A stretch of 63,911 nucleotides of DNA, counting the filler, from Octopus bimaculoides (taxonomy: Eukaryota): the NCBI RefSeq assembly GCF_001194135.2. It is 5 parts of 5 records of this genome, joined end to end, with 100 filler letters (N's around TTAATTAATTAA, not from the genome) between each part and the next. Parts side by side here need not be neighbours in the genome. Positions count along the whole stretch, not along the records: positions 1 to 27,428 come from NC_069008.1; 4 more parts are not named here. One strand, 5' to 3'. Each line of letters opens with the position of its first letter. The stretch's first letter is position 1. Shown piece after piece: positions 10,963 through 23,658 of the stretch. The notes under the pieces are model-generated. The model saw nothing but the letters and a program-made list of their open reading frames with translations. It ran no database searches and was not told the DNA's origin. The translations under genes and the position numbers were made by a program.

Positions 10963-11439
10963 ATTAGAGATGAAAGTAGTAACCAAACTGAGAAGTAATG
11001 TTTTATTGGGGTTTAAAAATGGTTGTAACATTGATTCTTATGGAATAGCCATATTGATATAGCGATAAAAATTATTTCTCAGTATAGCTACTACTTTCAT
11101 CTCTTATAGAGATTTTCTAACATGCTACTTTGCTTGTTGCATGATCAGTGATTGGTTGTCACTTTTTTTCTATAAAACTGCAAGCTGGAGCAAACTTCTG
11201 CTATTTCTAGTGGACGAGTATCCACCACTGAGGATGAGCACAAATGTGACAAGGTTGGCTCCTTTGAATTCCAGGTACAAATCATTTTCTGCCTGTTGAG
11301 TGGCCTGGAGCAACATAAAATGAAGTGTCTTGCTCAAGGACACAATGCATCATTGAGAATTGAACTTATGACCTTATGAGCCATGTACCCTGTGTATGTG
11401 TGTGTGATTTTATGTTTGTGTGTGTGTTTTTGTGTTTGT

Positions 11440-11650
11440 TTGTGTGTTTTTGTGTTTGTGTCTCTGCCCCCACTGCTGCTTGGCAACCAGAGTTGGTTTA
11501 TTTACATCTCTGTGACATATCAGTTCAGCAAAAGAGACCGATAGAATAAGTACCAGGCTTAAAAATACATACTGGAGTTGATTTGTTTGACTAAACCCTT
11601 CAAAGGGAGTGCCCCAGCATGACCACAGTCCAACGACTGAAGCAGTTAAA
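11440..11650 (+). mobile_element. SINE family A, 3' half
   Basis: ttcagcaaaagagaccgatagaataagtac...gtgccccagcatgacc. Confidence 0.75.
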
Positions 11651-12224
11651 AAAACGACAGAATGAAAGCACAGGTGCAGACACAGGTGTGAGGGTTAATC
11701 AGTCAGTTTGAATCCCAATCACTGATGTATAAAAATAAACAAACAAAATACACGATGAAAGTTAAACAAATTTAAAATTTAGCCCTTTAGTACTGACCAT
11801 ATCCAGCCCAAATATCCGACCAGCTTTATGTTTAAACAGGCCAGACCCACACTCTCACACCAACCCAAGAATGTCATTCTATAAATATATGAGAATAAGT
11901 CAGAAAGTAATATAAGTTTTATCTGCGAAATAATATAAGTTTTATTTGACTTATTCTTCTGTATATATAACAATTAGCCAAAATATAGTACAAACAAAAA
12001 TTGCGTTACCTTCTGACAAAATTTCGTATAATCACATCATAGAAATCTCAGTCATGAGATAATGCAGGATTAATTTTTTAAAAAGGGTGAATAAATAAGG
12101 AATACATTTGACAGATTAATTTAAATGTTAAAGGGGTTATGCATAAAAATTGTGTAAGGACTTTATAATAGAACCCTGTGTTTCTGAACTCGTGAATGGA
12201 AAAGAAATCGATAGTGTTACTTAC

Positions 12225-12325
12225 CTGTGACTCCGGTCACCTGAACTTTTAAAAGCTGTCCCATGTAGGACAAGAAACGTCGCTGCAGATGATTCAGTCC
12301 AAGCACTAAGTTGTTTAAGAGTTTT
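12225..12325 (-). CDS. Candidate exon: KTLKQLSAWTESSAATFLVLHGTAFKSSGDRSH
   Basis: Perfect donor CAG|GTAAGT. The acceptor is weak (ttcatttgaaag|) and alternatives exist near 12305 and 12282. Two frames are open. Confidence 0.35.
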
Positions 12326-12761
12326 CTTTCAAATGAATTAGATTATTATTCAAATAAATAAATATGTATGAACATATGTGGATATAGGCATGTATGTGTA
12401 CGTAGGTGTATGGATGTGCATGTGTGCCGGTGTAGAAGTGTATAATATGTATATGTATATATGTGCCTATGTGTATGTTATATATTATATGCATGAAGTG
12501 TGTGTGTGTGTGCATGTGTGTGTAGGCAGGTATATCGATGGGCAGGTGTGCAGATGTGAAAGTCTATAATATATATATATATATATGTATATATGTGCGT
12601 ATGTGTATATGTATATATGTATATATGTGCGTATGTGTATGCTATATATTATGTGTGAGGTGTGCAGATGTAGAAGTGTATAATTCATATATATATATAT
12701 ATATATATATATGCGTATATATATATATATATATATGTGTATGTTATATATTATATGTGTG

Positions 12762-12794
<33 letters not shown>

Positions 12795-13027
12795 GGTATT
12801 TAGGCGAGTGTGGGTGTATGGCTACGTGTATTTGTTGTGTGTGGATATACACACATCAGCTTAAGTAGTTAACTATGAAAATAGGTGTCTGTTTTATTAT
12901 AAATGTATGAAATCATGAATGTAATGACACGTACGTACATACATACACATATTTATATATGTGTATGTATGTTTTTATGCATATATGAATGTGTGTATGC
13001 ATGTTTGTATGTATATGTGCATACATG

Positions 13028-13060
<33 letters not shown>

Positions 13061-13261
13061 ATACATGTGTGTATGTATGTAAGTATGCATACATCTGAGT
13101 GTATGTGTACGCATATGTATGTATGCATGTATGTATGTGTTTGTGTATGTGTGCATTTAAAAATGAGTGTTCTCCCCTGTAACAATACAATCATCACGAC
13201 CCCCAACCACCACCACCACCACCACCACCAGCACCACCACCACCACCACCACCAATACCCC

Positions 13262-13307
<46 letters not shown>

Positions 13308-13785
13308 CTATTCCTTATTATGCTTTATTAATGTTCTTACCCCACAACTTGCATCTATCCACCCTGCACCTTCACAGCAGAGCAATTATCACAAGTCCCA
13401 ACACCACCACCACCACCACTACCACTAACACCATCTCTACCTCCACCACCACCACCACCACAACCGTCACTACCACTATCAACATCAACACAAAACACCA
13501 CCACTGCTAAAACTACCACCACTACCACCACCACCACCAACCATACCACTACACCTACTATTTTGTACTTACGAAATGAAGAAATTATATGTCATTATTT
13601 GTTGTTGTTTTATTGCCTTACAATTGTACCACCACCACCANNNNNNNNNNNNNNNNNNNNNNNNNNNNNNNNNNNNNNNNNNNNNNNNNNNNNNNNNNNN
13701 NNNNNNNNNNNNNNNNNNNNNNNNNNNNNNNNNNNNNNNNNNNNNNNNNNNNNNNNNNNNNNNNNNNNNNNNNNNNNNNNNNNNN

Positions 13786-13826
<41 letters not shown>

Positions 13827-13904
13827 GTATGCAAATGGATACATAGATAGATAGACAGATAGATATATACATACATGCTTCCATGCATACAACATACATA
13901 TATG

Positions 13905-13939
<35 letters not shown>

Positions 13940-13946
13940 GTGTATA

Positions 13947-13985
<39 letters not shown>

Positions 13986-14874
13986 GTGTATATATATCTG
14001 TGTATAAGAAAACATGAAATTGGAAACTTTTTGGTATCATTTATTTATCATTACACATTATATAGTCTCACCATTACAGCTGGGATTTACCCTAACTACC
14101 TACACAATACGTCTGTGTACATGTGTGTGTGTGTGTGTGTATGTGAGAGAGATGAGGGGGGGGGCGTCCAGATTAAAGAAATTTGAAGGGAAGGAACTGT
14201 AAAAGTAAATATACGATAATAATTAAGATGGGGGTAAGATTTGAATATGATGGACATTATAGGAATAATTGGTGGTGGGAGTTAAGTGAAGGAGATTCAG
14301 AGAGTAGGGGGTTAATTGCACGGTCATTAGGATAGTCTGGGGGTTAAAATACCAGTAGAAATTGTGGCTATTAGGGAAGATTTGGTGATGGTGGTGGAGG
14401 TCTTGTAGGGATTGCTGCAGTTATTTAACCCCAGGCTAACCATGACTGAGCAGATTTATGATCAACGTTATTCAAGTCATGACCATCCCATCCAATTTTT
14501 TTTTTGTTTTGATTTTTTTCTGGCATAATGTATCTGGAACTACATTATACTATGTGTCCTACTTTTCTTTAAGACTTTAAGGGGTGGATTTGAGCGAGAT
14601 TTGACTGCTGTTTCTAGCAGGTCTAACTACAACGTAAAGGTTTCCCTTATTAGTTCATGCATACATGTGATTTGCGGGAGATTTAGCTGTTATTTCTAAC
14701 ACAACATATACCATATACAGAGGTTTCACATATTGGCTCGTATGATATATATGTCATTATGTCACCCGACATCCACTAGGGAGTACTTCAAAAAGAAGCC
14801 GAAATGATTGTTGTACAAAATAAAGCTTCTTGTTTACACTCTGTCTTCCGTATCAACCATTTAATATATATATA

Positions 14875-15124
14875 TCTCTTTTACTCTTTTACTTGTTTCA
14901 GTCATTTGACTGCGGCCATGCTGGAGCACCGCCTTTAGTCGAGCAAATCGACCCCAGGACTTATTCTTTGTAAGCCTAGTACTTATTCTATCGGTCTCTT
15001 TTGCCGAACCGCTAAGTTGCGGGGACGTAAACACACCAGCATCGGTTGTCAAGCGATGGTGGAGGGACAAACACAGACACACAAATATACATATACATAT
15101 ATACGATGGGCTTCTTGCAGTTTC
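14875..15124 (-). mobile_element. SINE family A, 5'-truncated
   Basis: Close match to the 3' half of the family; begins at ggaaactg. Confidence 0.9.
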
Positions 15125-15912
15125 CTAATGCCTTGTCATAGTGGGGACACAGCTCTGTTGAAGATCTCTCTGTGTACTTATAGATTTGAGATTCTTCTAC
15201 TTGAGATACGTGTAACTTAGTTTCAGTTACAGCTGACAGAGGGCGGACAGAACGTCTGTGGATACACAGTTTCTTTGTCAGGCATCCTCTAAGGATAGTG
15301 CTTGTCTGTCTATAGGTCTAGGGTTACATCCAAGAAATCAACCTTTGCCAAACTGGTGGCGACTGTTATATTCAAAGCCCAATTCTTTGAAGATCATTAT
15401 CTGATCCTTTCTGAACTCAGTGATGGCGTGGTTTTTCAAATGGATTGAGATTGATAGACCATCATCCTCATAGAGAGCCAAATTATGAGGTTGTGTGCGC
15501 TTCTTCAGAGTATACGGGACAAAAAACAGAAAACGTTTGTGGCCACAACCCTGTCATAGCTCCCCATAGATATAAATATCTCAAACATTGAATGACCTTC
15601 CCTCTTTAACCAGCAGGAATTATCATGAACTTTCTTGCATTCCTGATTTTGGTGAACTGCCTACCGAAGTCTAAGTCCTTCAGCAGGAAAAAATTTGATA
15701 CTGAATGGTAGAAATCCATAATATCAAATTGGGTGAACATGCAGGTTGCTTTATTTTCAATGCCCCAGAATCAGTCAATTACTGCAGAGCTGCAATTCCA
15801 CTGTGTCAACCTCGTGATCTTCTAATATTGAAGTAAATGGCATAAAAAAAATACACATCTTTGCTTTGCTTATCTCATTCTTAAACAGGTTAATCAGCCT
15901 ACATTTAGGATC
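15125..15912 (-). mobile_element. Penelope-like element, reverse transcriptase relic (stops and frameshifts)
   Basis: DPKCRLINL..., FTQFDIMDFY, SMGSYD, LYEDDGL (YRDDG), IFKELG, VDFLDVTLDL, RISNL..EIFNRA. Confidence 0.9.
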
Positions 15913-15992
15913 AAAACGGCAGTTATTTTTATGGTATATTTATGTTTGTGTATGTATGTATGCACACACACATAATATAACATATATATAGC

Positions 15993-16029
<37 letters not shown>

Positions 16030-16886
16030 GCATATATATACATATATATATANNNNNNNNNNATATATATATATATATATATATATATAGCATATATATA
16101 TATATATATGTAGATATAGATATAGATATAGATATAGATCTCCATATATACATACTATACATATATATGTACACACACCAACACACAGACATCAACTCCC
16201 TTTTTCAAATATCTAAGTATATTATATACATATACACGTGCATATACATATACACACATAATTTTAACTTTCTATTCAATATCAGCCACTTAAGATGATG
16301 AAATTTCATTTGATTTACGTCTCAGTGCTGTTGTTATGANNNNNNNNNNNNNNNNNNNNNNNNNNNNNNNNNNNNNNNNNNNNNNNNNNNNNNNNNNNNN
16401 NNNNNNNNNNNNNNNNNNNNNNNNNNNNNNNNNNNNNNNNNNNNNNNNNNNNNNNNNNNNNNNNNNNNNNNNNNNNNNNNNNNNNNNNNNNNNNNNNNNN
16501 NNNNNNNNNNNNNNNNNNNNNNNNNNNNNNNNNNNNNNNNNNNNNNNNNNNNNNNNNNNNNNNNNNNNNNNNNNNNNNNNNNTCGTCGTCGTCGTCGTCG
16601 TCATCATCACCATCATCATCATCATCATCACCATCATCACCATCATCACCATCATCATCATCATCATGATAATAATGTGAATTATGGGTCTAGTTCATAT
16701 ATGGAAATAGAAAATATTAGTATGCCTGAAGGATTCTATCTCATAGTACAGTACAATGGAAATGGAGTTAGATAGCAATAGAAGTGATCATAATAAGCCG
16801 GATAACAGAATTAATAATAGGGGAAATAATATCAATGCGAAAAACTGTAACAACAATAATTTAAATCTTAGTAATAATATTGGTGT

Positions 16887-17093
16887 TGCAATTGTAGAAA
16901 TAAGTCCCGTTGTCCATTATTAGGGTGATGTTGCACCAGAAATGTTGTATATAAATGCACAATAAGTACTATAACTGATAATTATATTTACTTGGTATGT
17001 ACGATTAATCTGAAACAGCTTATATATAATCACCTGTCATCTTTACTTGGAGAGTTTAAATGTAGTTACAAAAATATGTCCTTCTGTTGAAAT
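16887..17093 (+). mobile_element. Penelope-like element, GIY-YIG endonuclease relic
   Basis: CNCRNKSRCPLLG*CCTRNVVYKCTIST..NYIYL..T..LKQLIYNHLSSF; runs into a gap. Confidence 0.85.
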
Positions 17094-17193
17094 NNNNNNN
17101 NNNNNNNNNNNNNNNNNNNNNNNNNNNNNNNNNNNNNNNNNNNNNNNNNNNNNNNNNNNNNNNNNNNNNNNNNNNNNNNNNNNNNNNNNNNNN

Positions 17194-17740
17194 TCATTGC
17201 CTTTGAAGTGCCTTGAATGCTTCTCAACATACAATAGGAAGATCACGTTACCAACAATGGGGTTCTTCATTGCGCCTCACTACCAAGTGTCGAAGCCACC
17301 ATTCTACGCCGTCGTCTCTGCTGGGTAGGTCACGTCCCGCCTATGGAAGCCTCTCGACTCCCAAGGATCATGCTCTACGGAAAACTTGCAATCCGAACAA
17401 GAACCAGAGGAGGTCCGAAATTCCATTTTAAAGACCAGCTCAAAGGGAACTTGGCTCAAGCTAACATCCAGCCATCCTCGTGGGAACATGTTGCCATGGA
17501 TAGGACAGCCTGGAGGACTGGTATCCACAATGGGGTCAGCTCCTTCGGCAAAAGGCAGGAGAAGAGATGAGAGTCTTCAGCATCTTCCACCTGCACCAAC
17601 CATCCCGTGTGAGTTCTGTCCATGACTCTTTCACCACTGACTTGGACTCCAAAGTCACTTTCGGCACAAACATCAGCTGAGGAAACTGGATGGAGTCTGA
17701 CGAACACAATGCTCAGATACGAGCTGGAGCTGACAAATAT
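17194..17740 (+). mobile_element. RTE (BovB-like) LINE 3' end
   Basis: RLPRIMLYGKL..RTRGGPKFHFKDQLK...WEHVAMDRTAWR and C-terminal CEFCPR...LGLQSHFRHKH zinc finger. Confidence 0.88.
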
Positions 17741-18774
17741 ATATANNNNNNNNNNNNNNNNNNNNNNNNNNNNNNNNNNNNNNNNNNNNNNNNNNNNNNN
17801 NNNNNNNNNNNNNNNNNNNNNNNNNNNNNNNNNNNNNNNNNNNNNNNNNNNNNNNNNNNNNNNNNNNNNNNNNNNNNNNNNNNNNNNNNNNNNNNNNNNN
17901 NNNNNNNNNNNNNNNNNNNNNNNNNNNNNNNNNNNNNNNNNNNNNNNNNNNNNNNNNNNNNNNNNNNNNNNNNNNNNNNNNNNNNNNNNNNNNNNNNNNN
18001 NNNNNNNNNNNNNNNNNNNNNNNNNNNNNNNNNNNNNNNNNNNNNNNNNNNNNNNNNNNNNNNNNNNNNNNNNNNNNNNNNNNNNNNNNNNNNNNNNNNN
18101 NNNNNNNNNNNNNNNNNNNNNNNNNNNNNNNNNNNNNNNNNNNNNNNNNNNNNNNNNNNNNNNNNNNNNNNNNNNNNNNNNNNNNNNNNNNNNNNNNNNN
18201 NNNNNNNNNNNNNNNNNNNNNNNNNNNNNNNNNNNNNNNNNNNNNNNNNNNNNNNNNNNNNNNNNNNNNNNNNNNNNNNNNNNNNNNNNNNNNNNNNNNN
18301 NNNNNNNNNNNNNNNNNNNNNNNNNNNNNNNNNNNNNNNNNNNNNNNNNNNNNNNNNNNNNNNNNNNNNNNNNNNNNNNNNNNNNNNNNNNNNNNNNNNN
18401 NNNNNNNNNNNNNNNNNNNNNNNNNNNNNNNNNNNNNNNNNNNNNNNNNNNNTATATATATATATATAAGTTTATGTATATATTAACATTATCTCAGTTT
18501 TAAAAAAACCTTTGACAATGTAAATACGTTAATAGTTACCAGAGGTAGCAAAATTACACTAAAAAACCAAGATATCACAGCCGTTTTATAGGTAGAGATA
18601 CCAAGTTAAAGTGATGCATTTTGAGAAGATATGAATAATAACAATAAATGGAGCAAAACGCATATAAATAAAAGTTCCTATATATATATATATATACACA
18701 TATAATATATAAATATATGGATATATACATGCATATATGTACATACTTACAAATATATGTATATATACATGCAT

Positions 18775-19670
18775 ATATGGGTACAGGACATCAAAAAACG
18801 TAGACAAACTGAGAAACGAGAACATAAAAAACAAAGACATAGAAAACGAACTTTTTGTGAACAACGAAAGAAAGAAACAAACAGAGAAGCGAGACAGGCA
18901 ACATAAAGAACATTCCCTTCATCAGTTGTTCCCTGTTTTATCTTCTCGCGTTTTGAAGGTAGGGACAAGACGCGACTTCGTTAAAACAGTCTGTAGTGAC
19001 GCCTTAATAGCAGACATTTCCGGTAAGCTTATCCACGCATGCGCAGGGATTAGTTCCGGAAGGAACACGGGGAGAGTCTCATGCGCATGCGTGGTCATTA
19101 GACATCCAAGTTTCGCGCCCTTATTCACTCTCTTTCTCGGCCAGCCGACCATGAGCCTGGACATCTTCAAGCAGTCTCTCTCCAACATTCCAGCTCTGGA
19201 GACAGCTCTCTCCAACATTCCAACTCTGGAGCTAGACAAATAACCACTCAACATCAATGACGGCGTCTCAGCAACCAAAGGGCGAAGTGCTGCCTATTTC
19301 CTCTGTAAATAAATATTGCTGTGTTGATGGTTCAGAATCTGCGTTCCGTTGTTTCTTCTAGTAATTTAATGTACGGAAGCGGTGTACACCTAATGGTGTA
19401 TAACCACTTACCTACAAGTCGTTCCCGCAAAGCAAATTAAATAAAATTTGGGATTTTTTTGCGGAGGGTGAAAGTGGTAACAAAAACAGGACATTGAGAA
19501 CAAAACAGTAAAAAACAAACGGTGAGGGCTGTTAAGCCAAGACAATGTAAATTGCTGAACGCTGGAAATATGCATGTGTCTATTCTGGGATAAATACTGA
19601 CGATCCTTCGATTATTGGATACAAACATAAATATCAACGCAAGGACTATTGTTTGGAGCATGCCCAGATA
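18775..19670 (+). repeat. Unclassified interspersed repeat (possibly a Penelope terminal repeat) split by the solo LTR
   Basis: The halves rejoin as ...gttaaaacagtc|gttcccgcaaagc...; the start gggtacaggac is shared with 45522 (+) and 54281 (-). Confidence 0.5.
18992..19416. mobile_element. Solo LTR, 425 bp, probably Ty3/Gypsy
   Basis: TGTAG...CTACA termini, 4-bp TSD AGTC (18988-18991, 19417-19420), AATAAA near 19307, internal ~33-bp tandem duplication. Confidence 0.85.
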
Positions 19671-19862
19671 TATACATACATTCATTCATACATGCAAATA
19701 TTGATATATAGATACATAAATACATAAATACATGCATACATACATACGTACATACATACACATATATTTACGTACATGCTCACATACATATATACTTACA
19801 TAGATAAACACATACATATATACAGGACATACATGCATCATTACATACGCCACAGTCCAACA

Positions 19863-20370
19863 GATGAACTACAGGGAGCGACTGAAGGCACTAGGTCTCT
19901 ACTCCCTGGAGCGCAGGCGGGAGAGATATGTAATAATATACATATGGAAAATACTGGAAGGACTGGTGCCAAACTTTGATATCAAGTACTACAGGAATGC
20001 CCGCACGGGTCGCCACTGCATGGTGCCAAAGGTACCGTCCACTGCATCTCACATAAGAACGAGATACTGCAGCAGCCTCGGTTTCAGAGGACCTCAGCTC
20101 TTCAATGCCCTGCCAAAACATTTGAGAGACATGCAAGACATGGATGCGGAGGTCTTCAAGACAAAACTTGACGCCTTCCTCTCCAAGATACCAGACGAAC
20201 CAATGGCTCGTAATGAGACGCAGTTTAGGGCAGCTGTGTCAAATTCTCTTATACACCAGATGTGCCATCAAAACTCTTGATTGGACCATGTCAGGTGGGG
20301 GAGAAGAGCCATGCAAGGAACGTGAAAATCCCGGTGGTGCACTTGGCTGAAACACATAAATAAATAAATA
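19863..20370 (+). mobile_element. CR1/L2-group LINE 3' end (ORF2 C-terminus, 138 aa open) with (TAAA)n tail
   Basis: YRERLKALGLYSLERRRERY..IYIWKILEGLVPN...RGPQLFNALP...FKTKLDAFL..IPDEP...RAAVSNSL. Confidence 0.9.
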
Positions 20371-20503
20371 TATATATACATACATTTTTACATATGTACA
20401 TATATATATACAGACATACATATACATACATATGTACATATACATACATATATATATATAATAATGTATATATTATATATGTATATAAATTTATGTATGT
20501 ATA

Positions 20504-20550
<47 letters not shown>

Positions 20551-20879
20551 GTATGTATATATATATGTACATATATGTATGTGTAGATACACACACACAC
20601 ATTCATACATACGCAACACACATACACACGTTCATTCATACGCAACACACACACACAGCTGACCCTCCACCCTCACCTTCACCTTCACCCTTCAACTTAC
20701 AGCTATATTTATGGAAACAATCCATATTTGGAGTGTAAAGGTATGTCAAAGGTCAGACTAAAATTTGCTGTATTGATGACTGCTAGACTTAAGATGTGTA
20801 AATATGTTGTTATGCCTGTTGTTGTTGTTGTTTCAGTTGTTTGATTATTGTTGTTGTTGTTGTTACTATTGTTGTTGCC

Positions 20880-21333
20880 TATCTATCTATCATCTATCTG
20901 TCTGTCTGTTTGTCTGTCTGTCTGTTTGTCTGTCTGTTTGTTTGTCCGTCTGGCTGTCTGTTTGTTTGTCTGTCTGTCTGTTCGTCTGTCAGTCTGTTTG
21001 TTTTTCTATCCATCCGTCCATGTATGTATGGCTGTATGCATGTATTTATATCTATCTATCTATCTATCTATCTATCATCTGTCCGTCTGTCTGTTTGTCG
21101 GACTGTGTCTCTATCTACCTGTCTGTCTGTCTGTTTTTCTATCCATCCATCCTTCTATGTATGTATGTATATATGTATTTATATCTATCTATTTATCTAT
21201 CTATCATCTATCTGTCTGTCTGTCTGTCTCTCTAGCTACCTGTCTGTCTGTCAGTCAGTCTGTCTGTTTTTCTATCCATCTATCCATCCATGTATGTATG
21301 TATCTCTCTCTCTCTCTCTCTCTCTTTCTATCT
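20880..21333. repeat. (TCTG)/(TATC) compound array with ~130-bp higher-order period
   Basis: Block tgtttttctatccatc recurs near 20998, 21131 and 21263. Confidence 0.75.
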
Positions 21334-22672
21334 NNNNNNNNNNNNNNNNNNNNNNNNNNNNNNNNNNNNNNNNNNNNNNNNNNNNNNNNNNNNNNNNNNN
21401 NNNNNNNNNNNNNNNNNNNNNNNNNNNNNNNNNNNNNNNNNNNNNNNNNNNNNNNNNNNNNNNNNNNNNNNNNNNNNNNNNNNNNNNNNNNNNNNNNNNN
21501 NNNNNNNNNNNNNNNNNNNNNNNNNNNNNNNNNNNNNNNNNNNNNNNNNNNNNNNNNNNNNNNNNNNNNNNNNNNNNNNNNNNNNNNNNNNNNNNNNNNN
21601 NNNNNNNNNNNNNNNNNNNNNNNNNNNNNNNNNNNNNNNNNNNNNNNNNNNNNNNNNNNNNNNNNNNNNNNNNNNNNNNNNNNNNNNNNNNNNNNNNNNN
21701 NNNNNNNNNNNNNNNNNNNNNNNNNNNNNNNNNNNNNNNNNNNNNNNNNNNNNNNNNNNNNNNNNNNNNNNNNNNNNNNNNNNNNNNNNNNNNNNNNNNN
21801 NNNNNNNNNNNNNNNNNNNNNNNNNNNNNNNNNNNNNNNNNNNNNNNNNNNNNNNNNNNNNNNNNNNNNNNNNNNNNNNNNNNNNNNNNNNNNNNNNNNN
21901 NNNNNNNNNNNNNNNNNNNNNNNNNNNNNNNNNNNNNNNNNNNNNNNNNNNNNNNNNNNNNNNNNNNNNNNNNNNNNNNNNNNNNNNNNNNNNNNNNNNN
22001 NNNNNNNNNNNNNNNNNNNNNNNNNNNNNNNNNNNNNNNNNNNNNNNNNNNNNNNNNNNNNNNNNNNNNNNNNNNNNNNNNNNNNNNNNNNNNNNNNNNN
22101 NNNNNNNNNNNNNNNNNNNNNNNNNNNNNNNNNNNNNNNNNNNNNNNNNNNNNNNNNNNNNNNNNNNNNNNNNNNNNNNNNNNNNNNNNNNNNNNNNNNN
22201 NNNNNNNNNNNNNNNNNNNNNNNNNNNNNNNNNNNNNNNNNNNNNNNNNNNNNNNNNNNNNNNNNNNNNNNNNNNNNNNNNCCTTGCAATTTTGGCTGGT
22301 TATTCTCAATATTGCTCCAATCTGGCCAGCCCCAAGGAAAAACTAAGCTAAGAGCATTAGATTCCTTGGAAGAAAGCAGCGAATGTATACAGAAACAAGG
22401 ACGGAAAAAAGCGAACAATGTTACACAAATACAATAGGAATAATAAGGGGACATAACAACAGATGTCTTTCGACTAAGGACGAATAAAATTAAGTTGGCA
22501 TATATGGAAATAAGGCCTTACAGCAGGGATACAAGATTTCACAGGCACAGGGAGAAATAACGATGTTGCACACACAACAGCCGCCCAAGAAAGAAAGGTC
22601 AGGCTTGACCGAATACCGGTCATGTGGGAAAAAAAGAAAGAGAGGTAGAGGCATGCATATATATATATATGT

Positions 22673-22850
22673 GTCTTCAAAATAAAGCTGGACCTCTTAC
22701 TGTCAAGTGTCCCAGATGAACCAACTTTGCAGCAGGAGGTGCAGATGAGGGCAGCAGCATCAAATTACCTCATGCACTAATTGTCAATTCCTAAAAAGCA
22801 TTTGCGAAGTAAATGCCCTAGCATGGCCACAGCCGGTGAGCTGAAACTAG
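22673..22850 (+). mobile_element. Second CR1-type LINE extreme 3' fragment
   Basis: VFKIKLDLLLSSVPDEPTLQQEVQMRAAASNYLMH* aligns with the end of the 19863 ORF. Confidence 0.8.
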
Positions 22851-22949
22851 ATATAGAAAAAATATATATATATGCATGTATATATACACACATACACATA
22901 TATATACACATACATATATGTATTTATATATATACATACATATAAACAC

Positions 22950-22984
<35 letters not shown>

Positions 22985-23189
22985 NNNNNNNNNNNNNNNN
23001 NNNNNNNNNNNNNNNNNNNNNNNNNNNNNNNNNNNNNNNNNNNNNNNNNNNNNNNNNNNNNNNNNNNNNNNNNNNNNNNNNNNNNNNNNNNNNNNNNNNN
23101 NNNNNNNNNNNNNNNNNNNNNNNNNNNNNNNNNNNNNNNNNNNNNNNNNNNNNNNNNNNNNNNNNNNNNNNNNNNNNNNNNNNNNNNNN

Positions 23190-23279
23190 ATATACAAATT
23201 TAATAAATGGAGTAATACGCATATGTTAAATGAATTCATTTAACATATGCGTATTACTCCATTTATTAAATTTGTATAT
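23190..23279. repeat. Perfect 90-bp palindrome (45-bp arms, no spacer, centred on GAATTC) abutting a gap
   Basis: Checked base by base. Confidence 0.95.
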
Positions 23280-23658
23280 TTACTCAAATACCCAAAATAA
23301 CAAGGAGTTTCTACCTCATAAACAGGAGTTACACCACAATCATTTTGTGATCTTTGCTACCCTGGTATCTATTAAACAATTTATTTTGTCGGAGTTAATT
23401 ATTAACCTAGAGAAAATAAATTAAATAAATAAATCCTGTCAAGGTTGATTTTGTTTTTCATCCCCTTCAGGCTTGATAAAAATAAGTACCAGTTAAACAC
23501 TGGGGGTCGATGTGATTGGTCTACCCTCACCCAAAAATTTCTGGCCTTGTGCTAAAGTCTAAAATCATTAAAAAATTTAAATTCTTTTAAATCTTGTGTC
23601 GATCGTTTTATGATTCTTAAAGCAAGATCTCGTTACATTTTTAAAATATTTCCTTTAC

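Larger units (their letters stand above)
8874..11250. repeat. Local cluster of four degenerate copies of an unclassified ~430-bp unit, the last one inverted
   Basis: Shared blocks catcctcagtggtgga, gtgacaaccagtcactgatc, gttagaaaatctcta, gtagctatactgagaa and ggatgcctcctccagct at 8874-9125, 9850-10125, 10345-11005 (+) and 11020-11245 (-). Confidence 0.7.

Noticed and set aside
15960-16130. Duplicated atatatagcatatatat blocks around a 10-N gap
   Set aside because: Probably overlapping contig ends in a TA microsatellite.
18737-19243. 168-aa ORF with an LSNIP repeat
   Set aside because: Chimeric across a host repeat and the solo LTR; the repeat is the LTR's internal duplication.
19864-20280. 138-aa clean ORF as a host gene
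   Set aside because: It is the CR1-type LINE ORF2 C-terminus.
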